A DNA stretch of 42,607 bases from Octopus bimaculoides. Taxonomy: Eukaryota. The notes under the pieces are model-generated. The model was not told where the DNA came from, did not search any database, and worked only from the letters and a program-made list of their open reading frames with translations. Made by a program: the position numbers and the translations under genes. Within the stretch, counting starts at the first letter, position 1, and the number at the start of each line of letters is the position of its first letter. Below, one piece after another: positions 21,831 to 33,386 of the stretch. The DNA is taken from the NCBI RefSeq assembly GCF_001194135.2, contig NC_068985.1:50383970-50426576 (forward strand), given 5' to 3'.

Positions 21831-23946
21831 AAAACGTGCATTGAATACAGAATTACTGCACGGATAAAGTCCATGTAACAATGATTAAGCAATAATTTTG
21901 TAAGAAATGCAAAGCATTGATATGAACACTGGATAATGCACCTGCTGCAGAATTTTCCGTACCCTTGATATGACGTATATCCACAGTAAACTGTGCAACA
22001 CAACCAAGATGTCTAATGTCTCTTGGGGAGTACTTATCTGTCTTAGATTGTAACGTGTAGGCTAATGGTTTATGATCAGTATAAACACTGAAGGTTCCTC
22101 CTTCCAGATGGCAGAAGCGCTTTACCGATAAATAAGCTGCTCCCGTATTTTCCAGGAACCGATATTTGGAGACTGTGTCGTAAAAGACGCAGCTTACTGA
22201 AGATACGCCAAGAGATGTGGTCGCGCTTAATCTCTGGCGCTACCGGTTTTCCGCTAATTTGAAAGAACATGGTTGAGTACATCTGTGTGCGTTAGCACCA
22301 AAACAGTTGTGATACTAACAAACTATCGTGGGTGTCTCGTGAGGTAAGTGCAATTTCATGAGACTATCTGTCAGAGCCTGAATTTTGACTTCAGTTGTCT
22401 TATGAAAGGTTGCCAGTTCAGAGGAAATAGAAAAGACAAAGGTAGGATGAGTTTATGTGTTAGAAGTATTGGAAGAGGAAATATCTATCCCATCTGCAAG
22501 TCAGCTTAGCAGTAGAGTTCTGCTCTCTTATAAGTGTTAAAACTGCTTGCACGTTTGATATTAAGTGAGAGAAAAAAATCGTCTCAACATCGACTTTTCA
22601 AGTGGCTCATACTCTACTAATTCTTTCATTCTTCTCAACAGTTGGGAAGGCGTTTTACCACCAAAGATCTTATGAAGAAGTTGGTGAAAATGCTTTTATT
22701 TGGATGTAGAAGCTAGTCGCAAAGTCTTTTTCATATTCTGATAAGATGTAGAGTCGGAAGGTCTCGGAAGATGATCTTTGACTTCACTGCATAAACCAGG
22801 AGGAACATTGACTAAAATGTGAAGTTGGTGCGTATGCGAAGAAAACACAAGATAAGGTAAATTTGTCACTTCAGCTCTCCAGAAAACAGACTCATACACA
22901 TTAAAATCCACTCCTAGACATCAGAAAGAGCAGAAATGAAAAAATAAAAAAAAAGAAAATTGAATATCTCGCTCAAATAAAAGAGGATCGGGGGGAAATG
23001 GCACAAGATATGAAATTAAAGAAACTCGACTGGACAAAAAAAAAAAAAAAAAAAAAAAAAAACTTCACATAACGTATTCTCAATAGGTTCTTCACGATCT
23101 CCTGGAGATATATTTACGCTCCATGCAGTTTAAGAGAAATTATTGAAATTAGTAATTACTCATTTTACCTCATTCTAGACATCGTTTTTTGAAACTTGAA
23201 CGTTACCAAATTGGACTGAAATCAGAAGTTACCACCACCTCATATAAATTTACTTTCTTGTCTAGGCAAGAAAGTAAATTTTGAACGCAGTATAGCTGTG
23301 AAAACAATAGAAAGAGTGGGTATTCAAAAAGTTGCCAACAAATACCTGCACCCCTCAGATATTGGCCGAGTGCTCTATCATCAAATTAAACGGTCCTATA
23401 ACAACAGATACCGCCAATTTTGAAGCTAAACAATAACTTTTTCGAATGCGACAACATTTTATAAACAAACTTTGGAAGTGATGCGTTTGGTATTTTACAG
23501 GCAAGAATGTAAATTTCAAACGCAGTATAGCTATAAAAACAGCAGAAAGATTGGTATATATATATACAAATNNNNNNNNNNNNNNNNNNNNNNNNNNNNN
23601 NNNNNNNNNNNNNNNNNNNNNNNNNNNNNNNNNNNNNNNNNNNNNNNNNNNNNNNNNNNNNNNNNNNNNNNNNNNNNNNNNNNNNNNNNNNNNNNNNNNN
23701 NNNNNNNNNNNNNNNNNNNNNNNNNNNNNNNNNNNNNNNNNNNNNNNNNNNNNNNNNNNNNNNNNNNNNNNNNNNNNNNNNNNNNNNNNNNNNNNNNNNN
23801 NNNNNNNNNNNNNNNNNNNNNNNNNNNNNNNNNNNNNNNNNNNNNNNNNNNNNNNNNNNNNNNNNNNNNNNNNNNNNNNNNAAAGAACGATTCTTTATCA
23901 GTTGTCGGTTGTCCATCTACTCCTCATTTCGAGCGTTTGTTCGAAA

Positions 23947-23983
<37 letters not shown>

Positions 23984-24830
23984 CAATAAGAAAATGGAGG
24001 GGAATATGAAGTACTCATCAACTTGCAGACACTATATTCCGTTGATTAATCTGTTTATAAATGACAAAAAAGACAATATACCGACACTTATGACATACCA
24101 TGTCATATCAACAATTAAGATTTCAAATTTAATGGACATCTAGCAACTGGAGAAGGGACAAAATCTTACAGCTGTTTCGGCCTAGTGTTGGCATGCCCCA
24201 TTCTATCTATATAACTCCAGTACGCTGGAGTAATTAGTAGATGAAAATGATGTAATGGGGGTACATTCATGATTCACTAGGCCTCTTCAGAGATTTAGAA
24301 AATTCAATTCATGAATTTTGCAAAATTTACATACAAATATAAACTAACAATAAAAAATAAAAAATAAAAATATGAAAATATAAGGCATATAAAAACATAC
24401 AAAAAGTATATAAAAAAACCATATAGAGTTATAAAAACTCATATATACATGCATATGCATGTTTACATTACCATATACAGATATACATGGATACAAAGGC
24501 ACAAACATGCGTACATATATGTGTGTTCAGATGCACATACATAGATGGCAGTACGTGCATACCAAAATAGTCAACAGTCACTGTTACCATATGTGAGGGG
24601 GACAGACATATATATTCGCCTACACATACATACATGATGCCTGGTATGAACGTTTTTCGTTGCGTTTGGAAAGCTATTTATATGCTAAATCAGTGGGGTA
24701 CGTGCGTGTCAGTTCTGTATGTGGTGGAGGGGGTCTGTGTGGAAATTCTTTATTAATGTTGTTATTATTATATCAATAACTCCTCAAGAAATAATACAGT
24801 ATGTATGTATACACACACACGCACACACAC

Positions 24831-24895
<65 letters not shown>

Positions 24896-25879
24896 AAACA
24901 TTGATCGAAAAACAAACATCAAATTCGAGTCAACGACTTTAGATATAACACCACGCCCCCAAACATTTGATCATATATAAATATTATCATTAAACATATA
25001 AAGTATACAGATATAAAAAAAAACACAGAAGATAAAAAATATATATGCGACTAAAAATGCAGATATATAGAACGGCCTATCAAGAAGGTAAATACATACA
25101 AACTTAATGTGTATGAAAGAGAGAGACACAAAGAAAGATGATAGTTTACAGAAAATTACTTACAGATATTTTCTTCTCGAGTCACACTACGATATCCAAG
25201 AAATTACTGTCTAGCATTAACTGTCCCCGAATTCAACTTATGAATTTATATTATAGTACACACCTTGTTGAAGGATGATCACGAGTTGCTTTTGTTTTCG
25301 TTACAATCATATGAGATGAATGCAACGAGGTTTTTACCATCGCTATTTTGGTTTACTAAGTACCGGATATGAAGATGCCAGTCAACAAACAAACTTGATT
25401 TGTTGTGAAAAGACATTAAAGAAAAACTCGTAACATGATTGGTCAAATTTACTCAAGTTAAAAGAAAAGAAAAACTTACGTTGGATTAAGTTAATCTTTT
25501 CATCCTTTTCTGTGACACAAAAGTATTTATTCATCGGATATGAATATACATGAGACAGAAGTAAATGACCTTATGGGAGTGGTGAATTCGGAAAATTTCA
25601 ATATACTCACCAAATTCTACGTATGTGTAATAGGTCATATAGTTTGTTTTTTTTTAAGAATTAATCTTGTCGCAATGTTATGGGGTACTTCTTCTACAGC
25701 GCATTAGATAGTGATGCTGATTGTGATAAACGAATGTGGTGAGGAAATTTGTTCGAAATGCGTAAGTTTATATTCTTTTATTCTTCTAATAGTTTTAGTC
25801 GTACGACTGCGACCATGCTGGAGCACTGCTTTGATTTATTTTCATTCAGTTTTGTTGTCGCTTTATAGCTGGAAATTGG

Positions 25880-27303
25880 TCTATGATTGAGTTTGATCTT
25901 CCCCGAGTATATCATTGAATGATTGGCTGGTCCGGTATCGACGTTAGGAGTTTATCCTGTGTTGTTGTTGTTGTTTTTAATGTTTCAGTGGAGGTTATTT
26001 TTGTATTTCGGATTTTTTTAGGTAAGCAGTTGAACAATTGAATAATCTAAATATCAGACTGGTACAGTAAAATGTTTTTGATCGTGATTTCTAAGGTGTA
26101 TATTTAGAAGCTGACTACCATTTCGTGTATTAAATTTTTATCTAATGCCGAAGTTTGGAACATGTCCCGTCAGGATTTTCCATATGTATATGGTAGTATA
26201 TCTCTTTCTTCAGCCTTCAAGAGAGTAGAGAGGCAGAGTTTTCTGATGTTCCCAGTAATTAAGGTATTTTAACCGAAGGTATTTTATTGGTGAACGTTCT
26301 TTGTAACCCTTCGATTTCTTCCATGAGACCGGATGAGTTAGGAGACCAAAGCTGTGAGCAGTAATCTAATCTGCTCAGATTAGCAGCATACCTACCGGTT
26401 CTCTAGTCACGAAGGTTCGCAGGCTCTATCCTATGAGATGTTAGTATTTAGAGGTCAGTTTGGAAGTATGGCTGATGCATCATTTGACATGATTACTCTT
26501 AAGTTCCGTATGGTATTAACGCTCTGAATTATTGTGTTATTTGGTGTCAAATATTTTGATTTGTGTGTATTCACTCTGTAACGATGAACCTGAAATTTTG
26601 ATGTATTAAATTTCATATTGCTTTTATCTGCCCATTGATAAATGAGGTTTTGTTCATTTTGGAGTATGACGGTATCTTCTGGGGTTTGGATAACATTAAT
26701 ATTTTTGTGTCATCGGCATAACCCGTCAGGCTGGCCAAGTGCACTTGCGATCCTATATCTGATGAGGTGATAATAAATGATAATAGTCTTAGAACCTTTT
26801 CTTGGGGTATACCATTTATTACAAGTGACTTAGAAGAGAGAAAACCATTTGCAGTAAGAGATTGACTCCTACCGCATAGGGAGTCAAATAGCCATTCTCT
26901 GAGTTTTCCTGTGATATCAAAATCCCTTAACTTGCGACAGATAATTTCATGATCAGTTTTGTCAGACGCTTTAGCAAAATCGAGGTATACACATGAAATG
27001 TCCTTTCCTCTCAAGAGATTATTGAGAATAGAGTTACGGTGCTGTAATAATTTTGACAAGGCAACTTCGTCCAGTCTAAAAACCATGCCATGTGTCATCT
27101 AAGATGCTGTTTTCCTCAAAGTATGAAATTATTCTTTTTCGGACAATGTGTTCGATAACTATTGATGTGTGAGATGTGAGAGAAACAGATCCGTAGTTTT
27201 TAGTTTCAGTCCTGCTACCTCCCTTGTATATAGATGTTACTGTTGCATCTTTTAGTAGTTCTGGAAATATGCCGGAATCAAGCAACAACTTTGAAATAGT
27301 ATC
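25880..27303 (-). mobile_element. LINE (CR1/L2/Jockey-group-like) ORF2 relic, 3' part, interrupted by an LTR element
   Basis: LDSGIFPELLKDATVTSIYKGG...NY.SVSLTSH, WHGF, VYLDFAKASDKTDH, SGIP-like NGIPQEKVL, GYADDTKI. The 3' boundary is approximate. Confidence 0.9.
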
Positions 27304-27592
27304 TGTAGCGTGATGGAGGAAAAAGACAACAGAAAAAGAAGCAAAAGGGAGAAAGAAACACAGAGACCTTACCTGTTGACCGTGGCGGGATGAACGATCA
27401 CTGACCAGATAAAAACACGACCTTTCACACGCGCCGTCTATCATCGAACTGCCCGCACGTGCTCCGTGTCCACGCATGCTCCCGTGGCTCTTCCGCCGAT
27501 CCCTGCAGTCTTCACTTCAGTTTGCCTCATCTGCAGTCCTCTCCACCAACACCACATAGTTCATAACAGCCCATAACACCACAAGCACCACA
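27304..27592 (-). repeat. 3' LTR
   Basis: Aligns to 29573-29861 without indels; 20 mismatches in 289 nt by manual count. Confidence 0.95.
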
Positions 27593-27655
27593 CGCCCCAC
27601 TGACTGATCTACAGATCACTCAACCGGCTTTCCAACTCACTCCTCGCTCCCGAAT

Positions 27656-28620
27656 TCATATCTTAATTGGTTTCATAATCAGCCAACCAGGGAGGAGGGT
27701 GTCGCTCCCTCTGTGGTCGCTGTGCGACCCCGGACTGGCCTGAGTTCCTGGCATGCTGTTACTGACTTCATCTTCTTGCCTACTGCTGCTGTCTCCATCT
27801 TCTTGCCCACTGCTGCTGGTTTCATCCTCTGAGGCATTGACAATCTTCCGCACATCCAAAACAATGCGTGGCATACCATCGACAGAGACGTTGTTCTTCA
27901 AATTGATGGAGGTTATTGTTCCCTTTCCCCATTGTGATGTATACCGTGCATTTGGGGGTTTTAACCAAATTTCTTCCCCGACCTGCACGAAGGCGTGCTC
28001 TTCCTCTCCCACGGGTCGCATTGATGCAGTACACGGATACCTCCATTCGTACCTGAATATTGCCCTGTGTAGCACCGACTTCTCAGCCTGTCCTGACCTG
28101 GGCGACATATTGTACCAAAATACGGTCTCGATTGGTGAAATGTGGCCCATCTCTGCCATGGTCTTGATGTTGCCTTTCCACCACTCCACTGTCCATCTCT
28201 GGCCGTCGAAGACAACACGAAAGTCCTGGTCTTCAATGGTGTGCGCAGCATAGTCTTCTTCGCGGTTCTCACCAATGCACGGTCTCGCCATACATGGTTT
28301 CCCCGAAACCCCGAATGTTACACCGGCCTCGTTGACAGTGACACCTCCTAAACGGGTGATTGCATCCATCCCCATCACCACGTCAATCTCGTCCACCAAG
28401 TGGCCAACTACAATTGCTTGCAGCGTCAGCTTTATTCCCTGCACCACAATCTGCGCATCTATAATGCCTTCACAGCGTACCTCTCTTCCGTCGATTGCCT
28501 TCACACTGCTTTCTCCACTCCATGTCTCTACCACTTCTGGAGTCATCAGGGTCGTCGTACAGCCCGTGTCCACAAGGGCTCGCGACATCTTTTCCTCCAC
28601 CAGAATGTCGACTACAGGTA
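27656..28620 (-). CDS. Gypsy pol remnant: aspartic protease fused in frame to the integrase C-terminus (RT, RNase H and most of IN deleted); open to the gap
   Basis: RALVDTGCTTT (retropepsin D-T-G), MDVVMGMD-like IDVVMGMDAI, then FDGQRWTVEWW joined directly to IKTMAE..ISP.E.VFWYN.SPR and VGEEIWLKPPNAR.TSQWGKG (IN end/GPY-F-like). No YxDD motif. Confidence 0.8.
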
Positions 28621-29560
28621 NNNNNNNNNNNNNNNNNNNNNNNNNNNNNNNNNNNNNNNNNNNNNNNNNNNNNNNNNNNNNNNNNNNNNNNNNNNNNNNN
28701 NNNNNNNNNNNNNNNNNNNNNNNNNNNNNNNNNNNNNNNNNNNNNNNNNNNNNNNNNNNNNNNNNNNNNNNNNNNNNNNNNNNNNNNNNNNNNNNNNNNN
28801 NNNNNNNNNNNNNNNNNNNNNNNNNNNNNNNNNNNNNNNNNNNNNNNNNNNNNNNNNNNNNNNNNNNNNNNNNNNNNNNNNNNNNNNNNNNNNNNNNNNN
28901 NNNNNNNNNNNNNNNNNNNNNNNNNNNNNNNNNNNNNNNNNNNNNNNNNNNNNNNNNNNNNNNNNNNNNNNNNNNNNNNNNNNNNNNNNNNNNNNNNNNN
29001 NNNNNNNNNNNNNNNNNNNNNNNNNNNNNNNNNNNNNNNNNNNNNNNNNNNNNNNNNNNNNNNNNNNNNNNNNNNNNNNNNNNNNNNNNNNNNNNNNNNN
29101 NNNNNNNNNNNNNNNNNNNNNNNNNNNNNNNNNNNNNNNNNNNNNNNNNNNNNNNNNNNNNNNNNNNNNNNNNNNNNNNNNNNNNNNNNNNNNNNNNNNN
29201 NNNNNNNNNNNNNNNNNNNNNNNNNNNNNNNNNNNNNNNNNNNNNNNNNNNNNNNNNNNNNNNNNNNNNNNNNNNNNNNNNNNNNNNNNNNNNNNNNNNN
29301 NNNNNNNNNNNNNNNNNNNNNNNNNNNNNNNNNNNNNNNNNNNNNNNNNNNNNNNNNNNNNNNNNNNNNNNNNNNNNNNNNNNNNNNNNNNNNNNNNNNN
29401 NNNNNNNNNNNNNNNNNNNNNNNNNNNNNNNNNNNNNNNNNNNNNNNNNNNNNNNNNNNNNNNNNNNNNNNNNNNNNNNNNNNNNNNNNNNNNNNNNNNN
29501 NNNNNNNNNNNNNNNNNNNNNNNNNNNNNNNNNNNNNNNNNNNNNNNNNNNNNNTTATGT

Positions 29561-29572
29561 GCCGAAATAGCT
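29561..29572 (-). promoter_or_regulatory. Candidate primer-binding site AGCTATTTCGGC abutting the 5' LTR
   Basis: It lies immediately inside the 5' LTR and is the exact complement of nt 1-12 of metazoan tRNA-Phe(GAA), GCCGAAAUAGCU. Confidence 0.6.
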
Positions 29573-29861
29573 TGTAACGTGATGGAGGAAAAAGACAACA
29601 GAAAAAGAAGCAAAAGGGAGAAAGAAATACAGAAACCTTACCTGTTGATCGTGGCGGGATGAGCGATCACTGGCCAGATAAAAACACGACCTTTCACACG
29701 TGCCGTCTCTCCTCGAACTGCCCGCACGTGCTCCGTGTCCACGCATGCTCCCGTGGCTCTTCCGCTGGCTCCTGCAGTTTTCACTTCCTTTTGCCTCATC
29801 TGCAATCCTCTCCACCAACACCACATAGCTCATCACAGCCCATAACACCACAAACACCACA
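29573..29861 (-). repeat. 5' LTR
   Basis: TG...CA termini on the minus strand; followed on the plus strand by the GTATC TSD. Confidence 0.95.
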
Positions 29862-30000
29862 GTATCTTTAATGGTTTTGCACGTCTTTAACAGTATGACA
29901 GGGAGATCATCTGGTCCAGATACTGAGTTTGAATATAGGTCATTAGTAATAAGTATACATCATCTTTCATAATGTCATTAATTTTTAGACTAGCAGTACC
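29862..30000 (-). mobile_element. LINE ORF2 relic, 5' continuation of 25880-27303
   Basis: Removing the LTR element and one TSD restores one frame: NSVSGPDDLPVILLKTCKTIK|DTISKLLLDSGIFPELLKDA, the typical pre-RT 'GPD.IP..LLK.C' segment. Confidence 0.85.
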
Positions 30001-30444
30001 TGTGGAAATTCCACGCTAAATATAAAATTTTTTAGATTGTTGTAAGTTTCTATAGAGCCACAAAAATTAGTGTTCCTTTATAAATTGTACATTCTACTTT
30101 TATTTTTATTTAAAAACACCTTTCAGCTCTTCTGTATAAGGCTGTAATTGAAGATATCCCCCGAGGAAACACAACTCGAACTCATTATGCAAACAAACAG
30201 TTGCATAATTAAATATATTTTGGAGAACCACGTTGGGTGGAAACAGTTGTAGTGATTACAAAATAACTGTACAACCGTACTCCTTGTTGACTCCAATTTC
30301 TTCAATTTTATATTCACATACTACGAATGCTCAAATATAAACATGGAAGTATATAATAATGCTACCGGATAGTATTGGGTAATTCTGAGGGTGGACGAGC
30401 TTTAAACTGTACACTCCCACGTTCCTAACGGAATATATCATAAT

Positions 30445-30579
30445 TACACACACACACACACACACGCTACCATACACACACACGCTATCACACACATGTC
30501 ACCACACACACACACGCTACCACACACATACACGCTATCACACGCATGTCATCACACGCATGTCATCACACGCATGTCA

Positions 30580-30612
<33 letters not shown>
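30445..30612. repeat. (CA)n-derived minisatellite with CACGCTACCA and CACGCATGTCAT units
   Basis: Directly visible. Confidence 0.85.
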
Positions 30613-30615
<3 letters not shown>

Positions 30616-30763
30616 ATACCAACCATTCTTCACACTCTCCTGTTCCAGAAAGCAATTTCTCTTTGTCCATCTACTTCCGGTCATTTCAAAAATGTAACTA
30701 CACATGGACTGTTGGTGATTTTCTCCTCCTTCTTCCTTTTCTTCTGGACTTTACTATGTCTCC

Positions 30764-30800
30764 TTTTTCCGAAGAAGAGCTATGCTCGAAACGTAAAACA
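30764..30800 (+). ncRNA. Minimal hammerhead-ribozyme-like motif (Penelope-type, core mutated)
   Basis: TTTTT-CCGAAGA-A-GAGC-TAT-GCTC-GAAA-CGTA-AAACA: C(U>C)GAAGA core, 4-bp helix II, GAAA, ACGU palindromic helix III, GUA cleavage triplet, and 3-4 bp helix I. Confidence 0.55.
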
Positions 30801-30926
30801 ACCACTCTTTCCTTCTCTGAGCGTCTTATTAATACTTTGCATGTGCTACGTCCTCGTGTAGTTGGTTTTTCTTGTCTTTTTCTCTCCGTTTTTTTTTATA
30901 AACTATATATATATATATATATATAT

Positions 30927-30965
<39 letters not shown>

Positions 30966-31409
30966 ATATATGGTAAAAATGCCTAAAATGATCGTCTTTA
31001 CCATTATCGAAGGCTTTGGAATTTGCCTTTTTATAACCTAACCTAACCGATTTTCAAAGGCAGTGACCAAAACGTGCACTTTAGTGAATTTAGTCATGCG
31101 CGCGTGTGTGTGTGCGTAGGTATTTTAAGTTCAAATAATGTTATGCATCAAAATTATTATATTGCCGTGCAATTTATAAGTATTTCCTTCTTTCAAAAGC
31201 GTTTTCTATTGACCCACACATACACACAAATAAAATATTAATAATAGAGGTTAATTATATACATTAATCTTGAGAATGCAACAACATCAGAATCTGGTAA
31301 CTACTTCTTGGTCCATGGCAGTTCACGTGATTGTTCTTGCCTTACTCATGTCGGCTGTTCCGTTCAGGAATTTTTTCCCACGAGAGTTCCGGACCCCAGT
31401 TATGAACTT

Positions 31410-31430
31410 ATTTGCATACAGCCAATCAGA
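31410..31430. promoter_or_regulatory. Candidate promoter module: octamer ATTTGCAT plus CCAAT box AGCCAATCAG
   Basis: Exact motifs 2 nt apart in a locally CpG-containing, non-repeat-looking segment; E-box CACGTG at about 31324. No transcript evidence. Confidence 0.3.
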
Positions 31431-32563
31431 GCTCAACTATCAAACTAACTTATGAGCGCATATCGACTGATAGGCGATAAGATAAAGCCACTTGGGTAAG
31501 GAATGACCATGCTTCTTTTCCCTTTTAAGAATGTTGTTCTTGTTCTTGTTTCAACCGTGGCTGCATCTGCATAGTTATTTGTGTTGCTGTTTACTTTGTA
31601 AAACAGTAAGGGGAGAGGGTTGCTAGCACATAACCCTCTACCTACATTTTTCCCACTACTATACTGCTAACTTTTGAGGAATCAGTCAACAATCACAATT
31701 CCTCCCAATAGACACCATCACTGAATTAACATCTTTGCAAAGCACCATCATTAAAGAAATATTTTCATGGTAGCTAAGAAAAATACAAACTTTATCGTGT
31801 TGTAGTAGACTCCAAGCCGTTAAGCTTGGATCTAAAACTTCAGCCAGTCTCTTAGTTTCAAATCATGTACTAGGTTATTCAGATATCCTTGTGACAGCAA
31901 ATGTGATTCATTGGAGAAACAGGTAGCCTGTAATGTAGGATTAGATATGTTTTTATCATTTTCTTCATATGTTCCAGCTTGGTTTGATTCCTGTTTGTAG
32001 TTATAACACGTTAAACAACAAGTATGTGTGGTCGTTTAAATCCAAAATAAAGTCCATAGCTTGTCTTAAATAATGGTGTAAAGTTACATTTCTGAGATTT
32101 TTAAAGTTGGATCCTCACATAAATAGAAGGAATTTAAATGATTCACAGCTCCACAGTTTCACAGAAAACACACACTACTTGTTAACACTGACATTTACAA
32201 GTTGATTAACTTGCAGTTGCTCTACATACAGGCTCTTGACTCATATCCGAACAGGTCTAAATATGAATAGTCTGCTGTCTTGACCGAATTTATCCTAGCA
32301 GTATTATCATACTGGAAAAAGGGAGTAGAACTTTCGTTGCTGTTGTGAATATTCCCTTTGTTGACTAAAAATTATGTGCTCGCAATTGAGGGAGTATTTA
32401 ATTAAATTAGCGACCTATGTGTCATACTTGATGAATACACGCAGTCGCTAGGTCAGCTACTGTATTGCTGTATTACTGAATAGAAAAAAAAAACATCTAC
32501 TGTATTGCTGTATTACTGTATTGAAAAAAAAAACATCTCTTATGGACTAGCTAAATACAATAA

Positions 32564-32622
<59 letters not shown>

Positions 32623-33331
32623 NNNNNNNNNNNNNNNNNNNNNNNNNNNNNNNNNNNNNNNNNNNNNNNNNNNNNNNNNNNNNNNNNNNNNNNNNNNNNN
32701 NNNNNNNNNNNNNNNNNNNNNNNNNNNNNNNNNNNNNNNNNNNNNNNNNNNNNNNNNNNNNNNNNNNNNNNNNNNNNNNNNNNNNNNNNNNNNNNNNNNN
32801 NNNNNNNNNNNNNNNNNNNNNNNNNNNNNNNNNNNNNNNNNNNNNNNNNNNNNNNNNNNNNNNNNNNNNNNNNNNNNNNNNNNNNNNNNNNNNNNNNNNN
32901 NNNNNNNNNNNNNNNNNNNNNNNNNNNNNNNNNNNNNNNNNNNNNNNNNNNNNNNNNNNNNNNNNNNNNNNNNNNNNNNNNNNNNNNNNNNNNNNNNNNN
33001 NNNNNNNNNNNNNNNNNNNNNNNNNNNNNNNNNNNNNNNNNNNNNNNNNNNNNNNNNNNNNNNNNNNNNNNNNNNNNNNNNNNNNNNNNNNNNNNNNNNN
33101 NNNNNNNNNNNNNNNNNNNNNNNNNNNNNNNNNNNNNNNNNNNNNNNNNNNNNNNNNNNNNNNNNNNNNNNNNNNNNNNNNNNNNNNNNNNNNNNNNNNN
33201 NNNNNNNNNNNNNNNNNNNNNNNNNNNNNNNNNNNNNNNNNNNNNNNNNNNNNNNNNNNNNNNNNNNNNNNNNNNNNNNNNNNNNNNNNNNNNNNNNNNN
33301 NNNNNNNNNNNNNNNNNNNNNNNNNNNNNTG

Positions 33332-33386
<55 letters not shown>

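Larger units (their letters stand above)
27304..29861 (-). mobile_element. Ty3/Gypsy LTR retrotransposon, internally deleted and non-autonomous, with both LTRs and TSD
   Basis: Two 289-bp LTRs (TG...CA) at 27304-27592 and 29573-29861; 5-bp TSD GTATC at 27299-27303 and 29862-29866; PPT-like AGTGGGGCG next to the 3' LTR; protease ORF inside; gap 28621-29554 probably hides gag. Confidence 0.93.

Noticed and set aside
22040-22960. GC-elevated segment that looks like an old TE or exon
   Set aside because: No consistent frame, terminal repeat or motif; left unclassified.
27656-28600. Open Gypsy frame as evidence of domestication
   Set aside because: With about 7% LTR-LTR divergence and no indels in the LTRs, a ~950-bp frame can stay open by chance; no selection evidence is available.
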